Shown here: positions 1-11,044 of the stretch, piece by piece
How the letters are laid out: every line of letters begins with the position of its first letter
Position numbering within the stretch: the stretch's first letter is position 1
Source of the DNA: an uncultured Fimbriimonadaceae bacterium
GTDB lineage: Bacteria > Armatimonadota > UBA10988
DNA length: 64,000 bases
Direction of reading: 5' to 3'
Assembly: GCA_964531735.1 (NCBI GenBank)
Contig: CAZHGD010000005.1
Span: 4,095 to 68,094 of the forward strand
Made by a program: the position numbers and the translations under genes
The notes under the pieces: model-generated
Database searches by the model: none
The model's input: the letters and a program-made list of their open reading frames with translations, nothing else
Told to the model about the DNA's origin: nothing

Positions 1-991
1 AGCCGTAGTCGCAGACCAGTGACCCGCGGTCGCCTTCGAACTGCGCGCCGATGCCGCGCCCGGCAGCGCCGGGCACGTTCGGGGCGTCGCTGCTCCAGTG
101 GATGGTCAGGTTGTCGAACGTGTAGGTGGCGCGGATGTCGCGGGGCGTCTCGGCGATGCCGTCGTGCGGCACCGTGCCGCCGGCCACCACGGTCCGCACC
201 GGACCCGGCTCCAGCGCCCACCAGACGACATCGGCGATGTGGCACCAGAAGTCGCCATAGACACCGCTGGAGTAGTCCCAGAAGTAGCGGAACGTGCCGT
301 GAGCGCGCGCCGGGTTGTACTGGTGCCAGGGCGCCGGCCCGAGCCACATCTCCCAGTCGAGGGTCGGCGGCGGCGCGCCGTCGGGCGGATAGCCCATGCC
401 GGGCGTGCCGCCGGTCTTCCACAGGCGGACCGTGTGAATGCGACCCAGCGCGCCCGAGCGGACCAGCTCCACCACGCGGTGGTAGTTGTCACCGGCGTGG
501 ATCTGCGTGCCGAGCTGGAACACGCGCCCGTAGCGGCGAGCCAGCGAGAGCATCGCTTCGGCCTCGCCATAGGTGCGTGACAGCGGCTTCTCGCCGTAGA
601 CGTCCTTGCCGGCCTGGAAGGCCAGCAGCGCCACCAGCGCATGCCAGTGGTCCGGCGTGGCACAGGTGATCACGTCGATGTCGGGCCGGTCGAGCACCTC
701 GCGGAAGTCGCGATAGCCCTTGACGTGGCCCTGCGGCCGCAGTTGCTTGACGCGCGCCACGGTGGCATCCAGCCGCGTCTGGTCGACGTCGCAGATGGCG
801 GCGATGTCGGTATCGGGCAGACCGGCGAACCAGCCCACGTGGGCGTTGCCCATGCCACCGACGCCGATATGGGCCACGGTGACGCGGTCGTTGGCGGCCA
901 CCGAGCGGCGGCGCGTCGCCAGGGCCGCGCCGGCGGCCAGGCCCCAGCGCAGCAGATCACGACGGTTCAGCGAGCGGTCTCGAGCATCCAT
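1..991 (-). CDS. Gfo/Idh/MocA family oxidoreductase, Tat-exported. The gene is partial: the C-terminus runs off the window start. It is not in the ORF track because no stop codon lies inside the window.
   Basis: I translated the reverse strand from the ATG at 989-991: MDARDRSLNRRDLLRWGLAAGAALA (twin-arginine signal) ...DRVTVAHIGVGGMGNAHVGW (Rossmann GxGxxG) ...DVITCATPDHWHA...EKPLS (Gfo/Idh/MocA signature). The frame is open to position 2. A codon check at two places confirmed the frame. Confidence 0.8.
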   Translation of the reverse strand, partial: MDARDRSLNRRDLLRWGLAAGAALATRRRSVAANDRVTVAHIGVGGMGNAHVGWFAGLPDTDIAAICDVDQTRLDATVARVKQLRPQGHVKGYRDFREVLDRPDIDVITCATPDHWHALVALLAFQAGKDVYGEKPLSRTYGEAEAMLSLARRYGRVFQLGTQIHAGDNYHRVVELVRSGALGRIHTVRLWKTGGTPGMGYPPDGAPPPTLDWEMWLGPAPWHQYNPARAHGTFRYFWDYSSGVYGDFWCHIADVVWWALEPGPVRTVVAGGTVPHDGIAETPRDIRATYTFDNLTIHWSSDAPNVPGAAGRGIGAQFEGDRGSLVCDYG

Positions 992-1048
992 CCGGCGGTC
1001 TCACATCCGCCGGGTGGGCTTCGCGATGACTCGACGGCCTCCTCTAGG

Positions 1049-1615
1049 CTACGGCCGCTGCCACTTGGCGTGCCCGTCGAGGTAGAGGCAGTTGGCCCCG
1101 TCGTTGTGCCGATAGGACGGCGCGCGGCAGGTGGCCCCAGACTGCGAGAGCACCGACCACTGGGTCGGGAAGACGTTGAGCATGCCGCCATCGCAATCGG
1201 TCATCGTCAGCGTGCCAGCGGGCTGGTCGAAGCTGGCCATCGCGGTGCTGTTGCCGCAACAACCAGAGAACGGGTTGCGGGGCAGCGAGTAGCCCGGGTT
1301 CTGGGCGGTGTTGCTGGGGCAGATGACGATCTGCTGGTTCTTGATGTACGGCTGCAGGACGGTCTGCCAGATGGCGCAGCCGTAGGTCCAGGGACCGGAG
1401 CCGGCATAGCAGGGCTGCTGCTTGAGGTACTTCTCGTCGTAGTCCTGGGCGTACTGCATCAGGGACACACCGAGCTGCTTGGCATTGCTCTGGCAGCTCG
1501 ATTGCCGCGCCTTCTCGCGGGCTTTGGCGAAGACCGGGAACAGGATCGCCGCCAGAATGGCGATGATGGCGATCACAACGAGCAACTCGATCAGGGTGAA
1601 CGCGCGCCGCTGCAT
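1049..1615 (-). CDS. DUF1559 / H-X9-DG prepilin-type N-terminal cleavage/methylation domain protein (paralog 1)
   Basis: [47 protein letters not shown], a class-III (type IV pilin-like) leader plus hydrophobic helix. The C-terminus carries the H-X9-DG motif ([16 protein letters not shown]). GGAGG sits 5 nt upstream of the ATG at 1615. The longer ORF-track start at 2224 is an Arg-rich artefact. Confidence 0.85.
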   Translation of the reverse strand: MQRRAFTLIELLVVIAIIAILAAILFPVFAKAREKARQSSCQSNAKQLGVSLMQYAQDYDEKYLKQQPCYAGSGPWTYGCAIWQTVLQPYIKNQQIVICPSNTAQNPGYSLPRNPFSGCCGNSTAMASFDQPAGTLTMTDCDGGMLNVFPTQWSVLSQSGATCRAPSYRHNDGANCLYLDGHAKWQRP

Positions 1616-1768
1616 CTGTGCCTCCATGGCCCAGCGGTCCCTGCGGCGACAGCGTCTGACGCCTCCGGCGGCGACCCGGGCCCACCGGCGGTCTTCTGCT
1701 GCTACCGAGACGCGCCGCGCGCCGAACAGTTCAGTCGCGCGGTCCGACCGCCTGGCGCGGGCACGCGT

Positions 1769-1797
1769 TGACCGAACCGCCGGCCCGGCGGTATAGT
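1769..1797 (+). promoter_or_regulatory. sigma70-like promoter: TTGACC, 18-nt spacer, TATAGT
   Basis: An AT-rich hexamer pair in a 70% GC background, located in the 490-bp divergent intergenic region. It would drive the small ORF at 1821 and the gene at 2106. Confidence 0.3.
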
Positions 1798-1820
1798 TGG
1801 GGCCACACGGAACCGCGGAC

Positions 1821-2051
1821 ATGGCTCTCTTGCGCGCAATCTGGCAGGCGATCAGCAAAGCTCTGATGGCCTTTGGGCACTTCATGTCCTCGTACGTGGT
1901 CACCCCGGTGCTGTACTTCGTCGTGATGGCGCCGTTCGCGCCGTTCGCCCGTCGCGGCGACCCGCTGCGCGTGAGCGCGCAGGCCGGGCCGCAGTGGCAT
2001 CCCCGCGCGACCGCGACCGATGACCTGGAGAGCGCGGCGCGAATGCACTGA
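1821..2051 (+). CDS. small hypothetical membrane protein (76 aa, single predicted TM helix)
   Basis: ATG at 1821. [48 protein letters not shown] has protein-like composition. Third codon positions are strongly G/C-biased while the amino-acid composition is not Arg/Ala-rich. The putative promoter lies immediately upstream. Confidence 0.3.
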   Translation: MALLRAIWQAISKALMAFGHFMSSYVVTPVLYFVVMAPFAPFARRGDPLRVSAQAGPQWHPRATATDDLESAARMH

Positions 2052-2105
2052 GCCGCGCGGCAGGAATCGTCCTGCGCACCGCCAAGCTCGTGGGCGGAGT
2101 CGCCC

Positions 2106-5100
2106 ATGCGCAAGCTCGTCATCGCGGTCTGCCTGTTGCTCACCCCGGCCCTGGCCGAGCCCTTGCGGGTCTCGGGACACAACCTCGACGTCAGTGTCTC
2201 CGAGCGCGGTGAGTTGGCGGTCACGCATCGCCTGACCGGCCGGACCTACCGGACGACCGTGCCGCCGGCACCGCCGACCTTGACCATTCCGCAGGCCGCG
2301 CAGTCACCGGTGATCGATGGTGACCTCGGCGAATGGGCCGCCGTACCGGCCGTGCCGATCGGGTCCGACATGGTCTCCGAGCGCATCGGCGAGGGCTCCG
2401 CTCCGGTCTGCGCCGCCGAAGCCCGGTGGCTGTGGGACGCCGACCACCTGTACGTGGCCATCACGGTCAAGGACGCGCGCCTGGTCTTCCCGAGTGCCGC
2501 CACGTTGCGTTGGTGGGACTATGACTCCGCTGAGGTCTGGCTGGGCGGCACGCAGGTCGGCTTCAGCGTCACCCCGGCCGGTTGCCTGGCCAGCCGCGTC
2601 AGTGAGCCGGCGGCGGGCTGTCGCGTGGCGATGAGGCAGGCGCGCCTCCAGCGCACCAGCAACGTGCTGCCCTGTGCCGATGGCGCGCCGGCGGCGCCGC
2701 GCGGGTACACCATCGAGGCGGCGGTGCCCTGGCGGCTGATGGCGCAGCCGCCGGCGGTGGCCGTGGGGGCGCAGGTGCCGGTGGCCGTGGGCGTCAACGA
2801 TGCCGGCGCCACAGGCAAGCGCGAGGCGCAGATCTACTACCCGCGCACTTGGCGGCATTCCTCGCCCGAGACCTTTGCCCTGGCGACGCTGGGCGACGTT
2901 CGTGGGCAGGTGCCGGGCGGCGCGAAGCCGGTGGCGCCGGTGGTCAGCAACCTGCGTCGCGTGCCGCGTGGCGTCTCGTTCCGGCGCCTGCTGTCGTCGC
3001 CGCGTGGCCAGATGGTGCAGGCCGAGGTGCAGGTCACCACGGCGCGCGACGCCGACGCCATCGAGTTGACCGTCGACGTGCCCGACCGCACGGTGCCGTT
3101 CCAGGCCAGCGCGTTCCCCGGCCCGCTCGCGGCCGACCTGGAGCAAGGGCGAATCTGCTACGCGCCATACATGGACGGCATCGACCTGCCGCAGGACAGC
3201 CCGAAGATCCACCGCTGGGGGCTGGGACCGGCGCACGATCTGCCCTTTGTCGGCCTCTACGACGCGGCCAAGGGCGATGGCTACCTGCTCATCGCCGAGA
3301 CGCCGCACGACGCGCAGTTCGTCTTCCAGCCGGCCTCCGCGAAGCCGGGCGACAAGCGCCTGGTGCCGCAGATCAACTGGCTGCCCGAACTGGGCAAGTT
3401 CGGCTACACGCGCAAGGCCCGCATCGAGTTCGTGGCCGCGGGCGGCTATGTGGCCATGGCGCGGCGCTACCGGGCGCTGGCGCGCCGGCAGGGCTACGTG
3501 AAGACGCTGCTGGAAAAGCAGCGCGAGCGCCCGCAGTTGGCGCGCCTGGGTGGTTCACCCGACGTCTGGGCCGGCGACCTGAGCTGGGCGCGCGAAGCGC
3601 ACGCCCGCGGCATGGAGCAGTGCCTGCTCAACTACACGGCCAGTCGCGCCAACATGCAGGCGGTCAACGACCTCGGCTGGCTGACCAGCCGCTACGACAA
3701 CTACGCCGACCTGCTGGAGGAGAAGGACCCGGCCAAGTGGGACGCCGTCAAGGGCTCGCTCGATATGTGCTACGTCCTGCCCGACGGCAAGCTCATGCTC
3801 GGCTGGCTGACCTGGGACAAGAAGATGCAGTACTACGAGCGGTCCTCGGCCACGGCCGAGGCCGCCGCTCGCAACTACATGCCCAAGGACCTGGAGCAGC
3901 ACCCGTACCTGGCCCGCTTCCTCGACGTCACCACCGCCTCGGGGCTCTACGAGGACTACCATCCGCAGCGGACGTTCGGCCGCCGTCAGGATGTCGAGCA
4001 CCGGTTGGCGCTGTTCCGCTACACGAACAGCCTGAAGCTGGTCACCGGCGGCGAGCACGGCCGGTTCTGGGCCGTGCCGACCATGGACTACTTCGAAGGC
4101 ATGATGTCGGGCAACGTGTACTTCTCGTGGCCGGCGGGGCACCTGCTGCGGCCGGAGAAGGGCCGCGAGGGCATCAGCCAGGACTACTACACCTACGGCC
4201 TCGGCGGCGAGTACCGCGTGCCGTTGTTCGAGTTGGTCTTCCACGACTGCGTGGTCAACTACTGGTACTGGGGCGACAGCACCGACTTCCTGCACCCGCT
4301 GGACCCCAAGATCACCGATCGCAAGGACGCGCTGAACGTGCTCTACGGCACGCCGCCGATGTACTGGATCAACAAGAGCGGCTTCGGGCGCGACCCGGAG
4401 GCCGGCTGGCCGCGGCTGATGCAGAGCTATCGCCACACCTGCCGCTGGCACCGTGAAGTGGTCAACCAGGAGATGACCAACCACGAGTACCTGACGCCGG
4501 ACAAGCTGGTCCAGCGGACGACCTTCAGCGGCGGCTTCCAGGCGGTGGCCAACCTGGCGACGGAGAACCGGACCGTCACGGTCGCCGGCCGCGAGGTGGT
4601 CCTGCCGCCGGACGGATTCGTGGCCACCGGACCCGACTTCGTGCTGGAGCGGCGGGTGCTGGACGGCCGCACTGTCACCCGCATCCGGTCGGCGCAGTAC
4701 GCGTTCGTCGACGGCGGCGGCCGGCCGGTGAGCGTGCCGGGCCTGTCGTCCAGCGGTCAGGCGACGGTGCTCGTCACCGCCGCCGAACGGCTGCGGGTCG
4801 CGGCGCACAGCGCGGCCGCGGAACTGAATCCGGCGGCGCTGGTGCCCGGCTGGGACCTCGGCGGCATGCGGCTGTTCCGGCTCGACACGGGCGGCCAGCG
4901 CGTGCAAGCGCTGCCGCTGGTGGTACGCGACGGGCGCGTCAGCCTGCTGGCCACTAAGGACGTGCTGGAACTGGCCACCGGCCGCGAAACGCGCCTGGCC
5001 GACCTGGTGCTGGAGCCGGCGGCGGTGGCCGTCAGCCCGGCGGCGCCGAAGCAAGGCGAGCCGCTCAGCATCACCGCCACGGTGCGCAACGACGGCGGCT

Positions 5101-6293
5101 CCGCGGTGCAAGGTGGCGCCATGGTGGCGCTGGTGGACGGCGCCGAAGCGGCGCGGGCGCCGCTCAACGTGGCGCCGCGCGGGCAGCAGTCCGTCACGTT
5201 GTCGGTGCCGACCGCGCAGCTTGACGGCCCGCGCGTGCTGGCGGTCGTGGCGCAGACGCCGGCCGGCCAGGGCGAGCAGTTGACCGGCAACAACCGCGTC
5301 GAGCAGACCGTCCAGGTCGTCCTGGACCGCGGTCGCTTCGGCGCCCAGCCGCTACGGGTGCTGACCGTGACCAACGGGCGGCTCGCGCAGACCGACGCCG
5401 TGGTGACCACACCGCTGACGCTGCCGGCCGACGTGGCGCCGGCGAGCATTCGCGTCTGGGACCCGGCCGCCGGCCTGGCGCTGCCGGCCCAGTTCGAGCC
5501 GGCGGCGCCGAACGGCCGCGCAGGCACGCTGGCCGTGCGCCTGAGCGGCCCGCTGGCCGCCGGGGCCACGCGACGGCTGGAGGTGCTCGGCCAGACCGGA
5601 CCGGCCACCGTGCTGGCGCCCGCGGGCGGCTTCTGGCGTCCCGACAGCCAGGAGATCGTCACGCCGGCCTACGCGCTGACGCTGGCGGCCGGCGTCATCA
5701 CCGACATCCAGGTGCGCCACGCCGGGGCACCGCGCCAGCCGGTGATCCAGCAGGTGGGCTACAGCAGTGGACCCACGGGGTGGGTGCAGGAGAACGGCCG
5801 CCTGGAGGCCTTCGACGTGTTGGCCAGTGGCCCGGTGCGCACGGTCATCCGGGTGCGCCGCAACCTGGCCAACGGGACCACGGTGTACACCAAGGTCTAC
5901 GCCTTCCTGGCCGACCGGTTCGAGGTCACCTGCGACGCGCAGCCGTCGGTCAGCGGCGCGCACAACCGGGTCTACTACCTGCAAGGCGGCACCTACACCG
6001 ACAGTCGCGCGAAGACCTCACTGATTGACGGCAAGGGCGACGACGATGACCACATCTCCGGCCCGCCGGCGGCCTGGCTGGCGCTGCGTGGCAACGGCTG
6101 GGCGCACAGCGTGGTGGCCCTGGAGCCGGCCTCAGGGGTGATCTTCTGGGACTCCGGCAACATGGGCGGCCTCGGCCTGGGCGGCACCGCGGCGCGCTCG
6201 CGGCAGGCGTTCTGCTTCCATCCGGGCCAGACCGACGACACGTTCGCTCGTCAGGACACCGAGCGGCTGCTCAACCTGCCGAAGGTGCAGTAG
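2106..6293 (+). CDS. large secreted multidomain protein (1395 aa). It has an N-terminal CBM9/DOMON-like module, a central glycoside-hydrolase-like region of unknown family, and a C-terminal CARDB-like Ig domain.
   Basis: Signal peptide [29 protein letters not shown]...[14 protein letters not shown] resembles the CBM9-like family. [17 protein letters not shown]...QQSVTLSV resembles CARDB. Amino-acid composition is diverse (W/Y/F/D/E), unlike the shadow ORFs. Confidence 0.8.
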   Translation: MRKLVIAVCLLLTPALAEPLRVSGHNLDVSVSERGELAVTHRLTGRTYRTTVPPAPPTLTIPQAAQSPVIDGDLGEWAAVPAVPIGSDMVSERIGEGSAPVCAAEARWLWDADHLYVAITVKDARLVFPSAATLRWWDYDSAEVWLGGTQVGFSVTPAGCLASRVSEPAAGCRVAMRQARLQRTSNVLPCADGAPAAPRGYTIEAAVPWRLMAQPPAVAVGAQVPVAVGVNDAGATGKREAQIYYPRTWRHSSPETFALATLGDVRGQVPGGAKPVAPVVSNLRRVPRGVSFRRLLSSPRGQMVQAEVQVTTARDADAIELTVDVPDRTVPFQASAFPGPLAADLEQGRICYAPYMDGIDLPQDSPKIHRWGLGPAHDLPFVGLYDAAKGDGYLLIAETPHDAQFVFQPASAKPGDKRLVPQINWLPELGKFGYTRKARIEFVAAGGYVAMARRYRALARRQGYVKTLLEKQRERPQLARLGGSPDVWAGDLSWAREAHARGMEQCLLNYTASRANMQAVNDLGWLTSRYDNYADLLEEKDPAKWDAVKGSLDMCYVLPDGKLMLGWLTWDKKMQYYERSSATAEAAARNYMPKDLEQHPYLARFLDVTTASGLYEDYHPQRTFGRRQDVEHRLALFRYTNSLKLVTGGEHGRFWAVPTMDYFEGMMSGNVYFSWPAGHLLRPEKGREGISQDYYTYGLGGEYRVPLFELVFHDCVVNYWYWGDSTDFLHPLDPKITDRKDALNVLYGTPPMYWINKSGFGRDPEAGWPRLMQSYRHTCRWHREVVNQEMTNHEYLTPDKLVQRTTFSGGFQAVANLATENRTVTVAGREVVLPPDGFVATGPDFVLERRVLDGRTVTRIRSAQYAFVDGGGRPVSVPGLSSSGQATVLVTAAERLRVAAHSAAAELNPAALVPGWDLGGMRLFRLDTGGQRVQALPLVVRDGRVSLLATKDVLELATGRETRLADLVLEPAAVAVSPAAPKQGEPLSITATVRNDGGSAVQGGAMVALVDGAEAARAPLNVAPRGQQSVTLSVPTAQLDGPRVLAVVAQTPAGQGEQLTGNNRVEQTVQVVLDRGRFGAQPLRVLTVTNGRLAQTDAVVTTPLTLPADVAPASIRVWDPAAGLALPAQFEPAAPNGRAGTLAVRLSGPLAAGATRRLEVLGQTGPATVLAPAGGFWRPDSQEIVTPAYALTLAAGVITDIQVRHAGAPRQPVIQQVGYSSGPTGWVQENGRLEAFDVLASGPVRTVIRVRRNLANGTTVYTKVYAFLADRFEVTCDAQPSVSGAHNRVYYLQGGTYTDSRAKTSLIDGKGDDDDHISGPPAAWLALRGNGWAHSVVALEPASGVIFWDSGNMGGLGLGGTAARSRQAFCFHPGQTDDTFARQDTERLLNLPKVQ

Positions 6294-6316
6294 CGCCGGG
6301 TGAGGGAGCGTGACCG

Positions 6317-7219
6317 ATGAACGAAGCCAGGCGCGGCACGCTGTGGTCGTTGCTGGGTGACTTGCCCGAGTACCGGCCGATTGGTGCCGAACTGCTGGAC
6401 ACCCGGCAGGAGGATGGCTACCGAGTCGAGCATCTGCGGCTCGACCTCAACGGCCTGGAGCCGGTGCCGGCGTATGTGGTGGTGCCCGACGACCTGATGG
6501 CGCCGGCACCGGGCATCGTGTTCAACCACTCGCACGGCGGGCAGTACGCGGTGGGCAAGACCGAGCTGCTGGACGGCAACGTCTACCCGCTGCGCGCGTA
6601 TGCACCGGTGTTGGCGCGGCTCGGCTATGTGACCATTGCCATCGACGCCTGGTGTTTCGGCGAGCGGAGCCACACCAGCGAGGGCGACACCTTCAAGACC
6701 ATGCTGTGGCACGGGCAATGCCTGTGGGGCATGATGATGTGGGACAGCTACCGCGCGGTGGACTACCTGGCCAGCCGGCCCGAGGTGGACCCGTCGCGGA
6801 TCGGCACCATGGGTCTGTCCATGGGCTGCACCGCGTCGTGGTGGCTGGCGGCGCTCGATGTCCGCATCAGGGCCTGCTGCGGCCTGGTCTGTCTGAGCGA
6901 CTACCAGGCGTTGTTGGCCAATCGGGCGGTGGGTGGCCACGGCGTCTACTACTTCGTGCCCAGCCTGCTCAAGCACTTCCAGACCGCCGACATCATCAAG
7001 CTGATCTGCCCACGGGCGTTCCTCAGCCTCAATGGCGACCAGGATGCCGGTACGCCGCCGGAGGGCGTGGAGCGCATCCGGGCCGCGGTGAGCGGCGACT
7101 GGGCCGCGGCCGGCGTGCCCGACCGGTTGCGCATTCGCCGGTACGACGTCGGTCATGTGGAGACCGACGAGATGCACGCCGAAGTGGTGGCCTGGCTGGA
7201 GCGTCACTTGCGGGGCTGA
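6317..7219 (+). CDS. alpha/beta-hydrolase (dienelactone hydrolase / acetyl-xylan-esterase-like)
   Basis: GLSMG nucleophile elbow (GxSxG). GGGAG sits 8 nt upstream of the ATG. It is 23 bp downstream of the preceding gene, so the two are likely co-transcribed. Confidence 0.85.
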   Translation: MNEARRGTLWSLLGDLPEYRPIGAELLDTRQEDGYRVEHLRLDLNGLEPVPAYVVVPDDLMAPAPGIVFNHSHGGQYAVGKTELLDGNVYPLRAYAPVLARLGYVTIAIDAWCFGERSHTSEGDTFKTMLWHGQCLWGMMMWDSYRAVDYLASRPEVDPSRIGTMGLSMGCTASWWLAALDVRIRACCGLVCLSDYQALLANRAVGGHGVYYFVPSLLKHFQTADIIKLICPRAFLSLNGDQDAGTPPEGVERIRAAVSGDWAAAGVPDRLRIRRYDVGHVETDEMHAEVVAWLERHLRG

Positions 7220-7273
7220 CCGCGACCGGCGGGCCAGCGTAGCGGCAAAGTAACCAGCCGCGCGAAGGCGCGG

Positions 7274-7303
7274 TTGACGTTCGTCGCGCGGGCCACCTAG
7301 AAT
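7274..7303 (+). promoter_or_regulatory. sigma70-like promoter TTGACG-N18-TAGAAT, preceded by the perfect hairpin CCGCGC-GAAG-GCGCGG (7256-7272)
   Basis: Hexamers read directly in the 150-bp gap before the binding-protein/histidine-kinase operon. Confidence 0.3.
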
Positions 7304-7369
7304 CACCCCAGGTTCTCAACGCACACCGGGCCATGCCGTCTGGTTGGGGGCGGGGCCAGAGGTGACTCC

Positions 7370-8467
7370 ATGAGGCGGGTGCTCAGCCGGGCGGTCCCGG
7401 TCGTGGTGGTGGCCCTGGCGGCCGGCGCGGCCGCGCGGCTGTTGGGTTCGGGGCCGCTGCTGGTGGCGGTGGTGACCCGCTCCAGTTCAGGCTCGGTGAT
7501 CGGTTCGAGCGAGGCCAACGCCGGGGTCCTCTTCGCTGAAGAAGTGCGCGCTTCGCGGCTCAAGGTGTTCCCGCTCGACGACCACTGGCGACCGGCGGTG
7601 ACGCGGCAGCGGATCGCCGAAGCGCGGGCCCAGGGCGTGCGGTTCTTCATCACCTCGCACCCGTCGAACTGCGCCGTCGAGGTGGCACCGATGTTCGGCG
7701 ACGCCGATGCGGCGCTGATGATCGTGGCGGCATCGACCACCGATGTGCTCACCGGGCAAGACGACGGCGTGCTGCGGGTGGTGCCGGAAGTAGGCCAGGA
7801 ACAGCGTGAGCTGGCTCGCCACGTGGCCGAGCGCGGTGCGCACCGCATCCTGGTGGTGCAGGACACCGGCAACCGGCCGTACACCGATCCGGCGTTCCGG
7901 GAGTTCTCTGAGGAACTGGCGCGGCACGGCCGCTTCCAGATCGCCCGGCGCGAGGTGCTCGTTTCGAGCTGTCGGCCGGACGAGTTGAGGGAGTTCTTGG
8001 CCCAACCGGCCGACCTGCTGTACATCCTGGCGGGCAGCTACCAGCCGGCCATCGGGACCATCGCCCAGTTGTTCTGCCTGCAGTCTGAGACGGCGCCGAT
8101 CCTGCTGACGCCGTGGACGCGCTCGCCGGCGGTGATGGAGGCGGCCGGGCCCGCGGTCCGTCGCATCATTCTGCCTGCGCACTACCCGGCCCGCGGCGCC
8201 GACCCAGCCATACACAGCTACGTGACCCGGTTCCGCGCCCGCTTCGGCTACGATCCGGCCTCGATGAGCGTCAGTGTGCGCCAGGCGCTCGAACTGCTCG
8301 ACGCGGCGGTGCGAGCCGGCCACCGCACACCACGGCAGGTCAAACGCTGGCTCCTTGACCATTCACCGCACCACACCTCGCTCGGCCCGGTCTGCTTCGA
8401 TGGCTATGGCGATGCCACCACCGGTTTCTACTTCCTGACCGACCTGCGCCAGGAATTCGACGAATGA
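7370..8467 (+). CDS. periplasmic ligand-binding protein (LivK/Peripla_BP_6-like), the probable sensory partner of the downstream kinase
   Basis: N-terminal hydrophobic signal/anchor. GAGGTG lies 5 nt upstream of the ATG. The stop codon overlaps the start of the next gene (ATGA). Confidence 0.7.
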   Translation: MRRVLSRAVPVVVVALAAGAAARLLGSGPLLVAVVTRSSSGSVIGSSEANAGVLFAEEVRASRLKVFPLDDHWRPAVTRQRIAEARAQGVRFFITSHPSNCAVEVAPMFGDADAALMIVAASTTDVLTGQDDGVLRVVPEVGQEQRELARHVAERGAHRILVVQDTGNRPYTDPAFREFSEELARHGRFQIARREVLVSSCRPDELREFLAQPADLLYILAGSYQPAIGTIAQLFCLQSETAPILLTPWTRSPAVMEAAGPAVRRIILPAHYPARGADPAIHSYVTRFRARFGYDPASMSVSVRQALELLDAAVRAGHRTPRQVKRWLLDHSPHHTSLGPVCFDGYGDATTGFYFLTDLRQEFDE

Positions 8468-11040
8468 GGGGCTCCTCCGGCCGCTTCCGCGACTTCGTGC
8501 TGGCCATGGACCTGGCGGCCGCGGGCGCGGTGGTCGCGCTCCTGTTCGGCGGCCTGCTGTTCATCTACACGTTGTTCACGGCCCAGTACCTGGCCGCGCG
8601 GCACCAAGACGCCGACAAGATGCGCGTGCTGCTGGAGGAACACCTGGGCCAGGCGCGCGAGGATATGCGGCTGTTCATCGAGCTGGACAGCGCCGAACGA
8701 CAGGTGGTCAGCCGTCACTTCCTGCGGTCGGTCAGCGACCTGTACCGCCTGGACGACGAGCTCCGCATCGACACCATCTACCTGGCCGTGCCCAGGAGCC
8801 GGCTGTTTCGTGGCTACTCCTTCGCCCAGGGCAGTGTGGGCCATTACCTGCGGCAGGCGTCTGCCGCGGACGGCTGCTCGGCCATCATGAGCGGGCTCGA
8901 AGACGAGCAGCCGAGCATCTACTGCAGCTTGACGGCCGGGCCCGAGCGGTTCCTGGCCCGGGTCGAGATCGCCTACATCACCGCGCTGTTGGAGAAGATG
9001 GCCCGCTTCACCGGCCGGCCGGTACTGCTGCTGGCCCGCGACGGCTTCGTGGTTACTTCCACGGCGCCGGCGCTCCGGCTGTCCAGCCTGGCGCCGCAGC
9101 TCGCCGGGCCACCACACCGGCGCTTCACCGCTGGTGGCCAGCGGTGGATACCGCTCTTCTCGCAGAGCAAGGTGGCCGGCGTCACCGTGGCGCTGCTCAT
9201 CCCTGACCAGGTGTTCGGGCTGCTGCGGAACGTGCTCATTCTCTCAGGACTGCTGTGCGTGGTCGCGTTGGCGGCCATCACACTGCTCAAGCGGCGCCTG
9301 ACCGACCGCCTGATGCTGGCGCCGCTGGCCGCCTTTGCCGGCCGATTGGAGCAGTTCACCACTGCCGAGGCCAGGTCGCCCGCCTCACCAGGCGCCTACC
9401 GGTTTGCCGAACTGGTGCTCCTGGACCAGCGGCTGACCGACCTGACGCGGGCCGTCGCGGAGCGCGAAGAGGGGCTGCGCGCGGCGCTGGCGCAGTTGCG
9501 CGAGAGCCGGAGCTTCACCATCCAGGCGGTCGACCACGCCCGGGAGTTCTTCGGCTGGCTCAGCCCCGACGGCGTCGTCCAGTACGCCAATGCCACGGCA
9601 CTGACGCTGATCGGCCTGGCCGCTGGCGACGTGGTCGGCCGACCGCTCTGGGAGACGCCCTGGTTCGACCATGATCCGGCTGAGGCCGAACGGCTCCGCG
9701 CCGCGCTCGGGCGAGCGGCGGGCGGCGAGTCGGTCCGTTACGAGGCGACCCACGTCAGCACGGACGGTTCGCGGCGTGAGGTGGACTTCAACCTCCATCC
9801 GACCTTCGACAGCAGCGGCCAGGTCGCCTTGCTGGTAGCCGAAGGCCGCGACATCACCGAGGAGCGGTCGGCGGTGCGCCAACAGGAACGCATGGCCGAC
9901 CTGCTCCACCAAAGCCAGAAGATGGAGTCCATCGGCCGGCTGGCGGGTGGCGTCGCCCATGACTTCAACAACATGCTGGTGGTCATCATCGGCCACGCCG
10001 ACCTGGTCATGGAGCAGCTCGACCCGGCCGATCCGCGGTATGCCGAACTGGTCGAGATCCGCAACGCCGCCGAGCGCTCCGCCGATCTGACCCGGCAGTT
10101 GCTGGCCTTCGCCCGGAAGCAGACGGTGGTCCCCCGCGTCCTCGACCTCAACGCGACCGTGGCCGGCACGCTGAAGATGCTCCAGCGGCTGATCCGCGAG
10201 GGCATCGAGCTGGTCTGGCGGCCCGGTCCGGAGCTCTGGCCGGTCAACATCGACCCGTCGCAGCTCGACCAGATCCTGGCCAACCTGTGCGTCAATGCGC
10301 GCGACGCCATCGGCGCCGTCGGTACCATCACCATCGAGACGCGGAACTGCGTGCTGACTGAAGCCGGTGCCTGGACGCAGGTGGAACTGCCCGTGGGCGA
10401 CTACGTCGCGCTGGTAGTCTCCGATACCGGCTGTGGTATGGCGCCGGAAGTGCTGGCCAGCATCTTCGAGCCGTTCTACACGACCAAGGACGTCGGTGCC
10501 GGCACGGGCCTCGGCTTGGCGACCGTCTACGGTGCGGTCCGCCAGAACCGTGGCGACATCGTGGCCGCAAGCCAACTCGGCCAGGGCACGGTGTTCACGA
10601 TCTACCTGCCACGCCACCAGACGGCCGTGGACCCGCAGGCCGACGGAGCGCCGGCCGTGGCCTCGGCCAGCGACCACGCGGTCATCCTGCTGGTCGAAGA
10701 CGAGCCGGCCATCCTGCGCGTGACCGCCCGGATGCTGGAACGCGTCGGCTACGCCGTCCTGGCCGCCGGCACGCCCGGCGAGGCCGTGGCTCTGGCGGAG
10801 AACCACGACGGCCCGATCGACCTGCTGCTGACCGATGTGGTCATGCCGGAGATGAACGGCCGCGAACTGGTACAGCTCATCGCCGTGCGCCGCCCGGGCC
10901 TGAAGCACCTGTACATGTCCGGCTACACCGCCGAGGTGATCGCGCACCACGGCGTGGTCGACACGGGCGTGCAGTTCATCGCCAAGCCGTTCAGCGCCGC
11001 GGCCCTGACCGCCGCGGTCGAGCGCGCGTTGGAGCGGTGA
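8464..11040 (+). CDS. hybrid sensor histidine kinase / response regulator: TM, PAS, HisKA, HATPase_c, then a C-terminal REC domain
   Basis: H-box HDFNNMLVVIIGHADL. G-boxes DTGCGM...GAGTGLGLA. Receiver LLVEDEPAIL...DLLLTDVVMPEMNG...K. The start is translationally coupled to the binding-protein gene. Confidence 0.9.
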   Translation: MRGSSGRFRDFVLAMDLAAAGAVVALLFGGLLFIYTLFTAQYLAARHQDADKMRVLLEEHLGQAREDMRLFIELDSAERQVVSRHFLRSVSDLYRLDDELRIDTIYLAVPRSRLFRGYSFAQGSVGHYLRQASAADGCSAIMSGLEDEQPSIYCSLTAGPERFLARVEIAYITALLEKMARFTGRPVLLLARDGFVVTSTAPALRLSSLAPQLAGPPHRRFTAGGQRWIPLFSQSKVAGVTVALLIPDQVFGLLRNVLILSGLLCVVALAAITLLKRRLTDRLMLAPLAAFAGRLEQFTTAEARSPASPGAYRFAELVLLDQRLTDLTRAVAEREEGLRAALAQLRESRSFTIQAVDHAREFFGWLSPDGVVQYANATALTLIGLAAGDVVGRPLWETPWFDHDPAEAERLRAALGRAAGGESVRYEATHVSTDGSRREVDFNLHPTFDSSGQVALLVAEGRDITEERSAVRQQERMADLLHQSQKMESIGRLAGGVAHDFNNMLVVIIGHADLVMEQLDPADPRYAELVEIRNAAERSADLTRQLLAFARKQTVVPRVLDLNATVAGTLKMLQRLIREGIELVWRPGPELWPVNIDPSQLDQILANLCVNARDAIGAVGTITIETRNCVLTEAGAWTQVELPVGDYVALVVSDTGCGMAPEVLASIFEPFYTTKDVGAGTGLGLATVYGAVRQNRGDIVAASQLGQGTVFTIYLPRHQTAVDPQADGAPAVASASDHAVILLVEDEPAILRVTARMLERVGYAVLAAGTPGEAVALAENHDGPIDLLLTDVVMPEMNGRELVQLIAVRRPGLKHLYMSGYTAEVIAHHGVVDTGVQFIAKPFSAAALTAAVERALER

Positions 11041-11044
11041 GCCG

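Noticed and set aside
641-1771. 376-aa plus-strand ORF, plus several 60-215-aa ORFs in 1-1000
   Set aside because: The region is occupied on the minus strand by a Gfo/Idh/MocA gene with a Tat signal and Rossmann motif, verified by manual translation. These are shadows.
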